Assembly (NCBI GenBank): GCA_030704615.1
Contig: CM060733.1
Location: 42,532,001-42,596,000 of the forward strand
From: Takakia lepidozioides
Taxonomy: Eukaryota; Plantae; Bryophyta
Direction of reading: 5' to 3'
Length of the DNA stretch: 64,000 nucleotides
A model generated the notes under the pieces. It was not told the DNA's origin. It did no database searches and saw only the letters and a list, made by a program, of their open reading frames with translations. Numbering within the stretch: position 1 is the first letter of the stretch; each line of letters begins with the position of its first letter. The translations under genes were made by a program, and so were the position numbers. Positions 62,648 to 64,000 of the stretch are shown here, one piece after another.

Positions 62648-64000
62648 GGCAGGGAACGACTATAAGGGAACGACATCTGCAAAAGGAACGTGTTACTACA
62701 GGGATGACGGTTAATTAGTTAGGTGGTTAGAACAACTTGCGGGCAGATAAGGGGAGCGGCAACGGAAAGAGGGGACACTTCACGGAGAGCGCTTCTTGGT
62801 CATGGAGGGGAGGAGATCAGGCGGAGAGCAAGAACGAGAGCACGGAGAAGGAGGAGAGATGAACAGTAGATGCTTATTACATGCAGAGCTGTAGTGATAC
62901 TGTAGGGCGGATTAGAGTCACCTTCACATTGTACCTGATAAATCATAATCTGATACTTATTCGATACAAGCACACTGTGTAGAGTGACATGAGTGAAGCT
63001 GTGAAATGAATGCATGATTAATTGGAATTAAGTAGATACTGAAGCAATCTGATGCTTCAGTATCAGATAAGGTGAATTGATAACATGAAGGCAAGAAGGA
63101 ATACAAATGGGAAGCACAACCATGATTCACTAGCTGTAGGTCATGACTGATTGTACTGAGCGGGCTGAGTGCTTAGAAATATCCAACTCTTCTATCTTGG
63201 AGTTTCCACCTCGAATAGCGAAGGGATGGGTGAGTAAAAGCCGTTCGACAGCTGGCTGCTCTCAACTATGCCAAATTTCCTGTCAGGAAGGTAACGTATC
63301 TGCCTCCCAAAGTCGATGGCAATGTCATCTTCAAGTTTCCACCTGTTACTTTGTCAAACAAAGCCTAAGGGATGTTAACAGACATGGATTGAAAGCATGA
63401 CGGACACCCCTGGTGTGTGACGAAGACCAGTAGCATGAAAATTACTGATGGTGTTCGTGTACAATACGTCCTCTGTGCGGGGAAGCTGAGGTGCCTCAAT
63501 CCCGCCTGCTTCCACTTTCTCTCCAATGGAGGGCGGAGAAACGAGACGGATTGGTCTGGCACAACGCATCATCCATTCATTGTCTCCAGCCAAGCTCCTA
63601 TGGGTTCTTTCAAGTGCGCACATTGCAAAGAACCACCGATGTGCATGTCCATGTGCAGAGCCAAGCAATATTATATAATCCATTTGCTCCCGGACTTGAC
63701 TAGAGCTTGCATACACGTTGGGGTCCACTGTCACCCCTTGGCGAGAGGCAACATGCGTGAGGCTGTGCTGGAAGCACACGACATCATAAAAGAGGAGGTG
63801 AAATTGAGCCCTGGAGCCAGACCAAAGTAGATTCAGCTGAAGGCAGCCCACAAGATTGCTCTTAGCAAAATCATGTCTGAAGATGGTTCAGACCGAGTGC
63901 CCTTGAACGAAGAGGAGATGGTTGACCTGTTCGAGTCCGTCTCGCACGTTTGTAGTCCGAATGTGCGGAATCACATCGTATCTTGCAAGCAGAAATTCGG
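62648..64000 (+). repeat. Segmental duplicate of 44657-46009 (partial G1 3' LTR, TSD and element A transposase)
   Basis: Constant offset of 17991 bp with only a handful of substitutions; spans the LTR/flank junction. Confidence 0.95.

Noticed and set aside
63143-63400. Independent gene or solo LTR insertion
   Set aside because: Part of the duplicated LTR/flank junction; the ORF is a chimeric read-through.

Overview
Eukaryotic, land-plant DNA: TTTAGGG telomere repeats, GT-AG introns and PLS-type PPR fragments suggest a fern or lycophyte (inference). The window is almost entirely nested mobile elements. Main result: two diverged members (A, about 1431-12480 plus 45260-46305; B, about 23154-35633) of a large Mutator-like DNA transposon family share one architecture. 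Each has (i) a GCM-domain/DDE transposase (SWIM finger visible in B), (ii) a divergently oriented, spliced gene fusing a ParB/Srx-type domain (DGNHRLLAW) to a bacterial-like beta-class N4C/N6A DNA methyltransferase fold (DIPD...VLDLxxGTG), and (iii) a kb-long, helically phased array of element-specific palindromes (53-bp period in A, about 115.5-bp period in B). Element A is split by a 32.8-kb Ty3/Gypsy (G1, TSD GCTGG). G1 itself contains element B and a non-autonomous, PPR-carrying LTR element (L2) whose ends look as if it integrated through a circular intermediate. The window also holds a C5-DNMT pseudogene, a truncated second Gypsy, endonuclease-less Penelope-like elements with hammerhead ribozymes and telomeric tails, LINE fragments, a Crinkler-type REase-kinase ORF and the start of an 18-kb-offset segmental duplication. 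All domain calls are by-eye motif recognition; no database searches were run.
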